Shown here piece after piece: positions 62,855-64,000 of a stretch of 64,000 nucleotides of DNA. The position numbers and the translations under genes were made by a program. The DNA is from an uncultured delta proteobacterium (GTDB lineage Bacteria; Desulfobacterota; BSN033; UBA1163), in contig CAVPSJ010000004.1 in assembly GCA_963708295.1 (NCBI GenBank), forward strand, positions 64,001-128,000, read 5' to 3'. The notes under the pieces are model-generated. The model was not told the DNA's origin. It did not search any database and saw only the letters and a list, made by a program, of their open reading frames with translations. The first letter of the stretch is position 1; every line of letters begins with the position of its first letter.

Positions 62855-64000
62855 CTATGCCTCTCGAAATGCCATCTTCAGCTCATACACGCCTGTCGTG
62901 CTCCTTTTCTCAATATCAAATCCCATCTTTTCAAACAGGTGAAGCATCGGCTGGTTTTCCATCAGAACCTCCGCCGTAAAACCGAGAAGCCCCTGCCGTT
63001 TTGCCAGAAACGTCAGATAAGCCAGGATTTCCGACCCGACGCCTTTATTCTGGTATTCATCCCGGATGGCAAATGCCACTTCGGCGGTATGGGTGGCTTC
63101 ATCAATACCATACTGTCCCATTCCGATGACCTCCTCTTTCTCCCCCTTCTTCAAAACGGCAAGGATCACCATCTCTTTGGTGTAGTCGATGATCACAAAT
63201 TCCTGAAGTCGCTCGTGGGGCATATCCTTCCGCTCGGAGATAAATCTGCGGTGAAGGCTACTATCCGAGAGGGAATAAAAGAAATCTTTCAATAAAGGTT
63301 CGTCGTTGATTTTCACAGGCCGCAAAAAGATTTCTAACCTTTCTTCCGTCGTGCGATACGTCTCAAGGTTCTCCGGGTATTCCCCCCTCTTTCCGGGGAT
63401 GAAGGCCTGGTCGCGATAGATCATGTCCAACCGTTTGGCCTCCTCGATCAGCCAGGGACGAAAGTTCGGATGGGCAATGGCAATCAAATCCATGGCCCGC
63501 TCCCGGATATTTTTCCCGTGGAGATAAGCGATGCCCCATTCCGTGATGACATAATGGACATCTCCTCTCATGAGACTGACGCCCGCCCCTACATCCAGGG
63601 AAGGGACGATTCGTGAGATCTTTCCGTCTTCGGCGGTGGACTGGAGCGCCAGGATGGTCTTCCCTTCCGGTGACAGCACGGCGCCGCGCATGAAATCAGC
63701 CTGCCCACCGATGCCGCTGTAGAGCCTCCAGCCGATCGATTCGGCTGTGGCCTGGCCCGTCAGATCAATCTGCAGGGCGCTGTTGATGGCGGTCATCCGC
63801 CTGTTCCTGGCGATCACCAGTGGGTCGTTGGTATAGTCGATGGACCTGAACTCAATGCCGGGGTGGTCATGGATGGCATCATACGTCCCCGCTTTCCCCA
63901 TGCAAAAGGTGGCAATGCTCTTCCCACGGTGAATATCCTTCTGGCTGTTATCGATGACCCCAGCCTTCATCAATTCCACAATGCCGTCGGTCAACAGCTC
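62855..64000 (-). CDS. Acetyl-CoA hydrolase/transferase fused to a GNAT domain (5' end outside the window)
   Basis: INSALQIDLTGQ, SGIGGQADF, IAHP, then GNAT AEVAFAIRDEYQNKGVG. Confidence 0.92.
   Translation of the reverse strand, partial: ELLTDGIVELMKAGVIDNSQKDIHRGKSIATFCMGKAGTYDAIHDHPGIEFRSIDYTNDPLVIARNRRMTAINSALQIDLTGQATAESIGWRLYSGIGGQADFMRGAVLSPEGKTILALQSTAEDGKISRIVPSLDVGAGVSLMRGDVHYVITEWGIAYLHGKNIRERAMDLIAIAHPNFRPWLIEEAKRLDMIYRDQAFIPGKRGEYPENLETYRTTEERLEIFLRPVKINDEPLLKDFFYSLSDSSLHRRFISERKDMPHERLQEFVIIDYTKEMVILAVLKKGEKEEVIGMGQYGIDEATHTAEVAFAIRDEYQNKGVGSEILAYLTFLAKRQGLLGFTAEVLMENQPMLHLFEKMGFDIEKRSTTGVYELKMAFREA

Overview
A 64-kb bacterial window with gene content typical of anaerobic Deltaproteobacteria/Desulfobacterota (inferred from gene content only). 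Left end, minus strand: a LexA-headed cassette (lexA, inactive RadA/RecA-like gene, small helical protein, archaeal-type PolB2 polymerase), then a TcmP/DUF5131 pair. Next come cysE, iscU and a QueG-like Fe-S gene, and a large ArsR-headed arsenic/thiol-redox island (about 9.2-29.6 kb): ArsP permease, thioredoxins, DGC, two FmdE, TauE, CcdA, Acr3, ArsC, an octaheme cytochrome, two lipoate-ligase-like genes and rhodaneses. The island holds three genes that the ORF track misses or truncates because of in-frame UGA codons (four in total). Each UGA is followed 18-20 nt later by a SECIS-like hairpin loop, and one of these genes looks like an unrecognised selenoprotein family with a tandem non-Sec paralog. 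The right half carries Mo/W and chromate genes, an ECF-sigma/anti-sigma/ABC exporter cluster, a sigma-54 Spy/ZraP-like operon, cytochrome c peroxidase, AOR, a heme-motif histidine kinase and acyl-CoA metabolism genes. Small palindromic, MITE-like and heptamer repeats are common, several inside coding regions. Many genes carry single-base frameshifts that look like long-read consensus errors, so ends of frameshifted genes are approximate.
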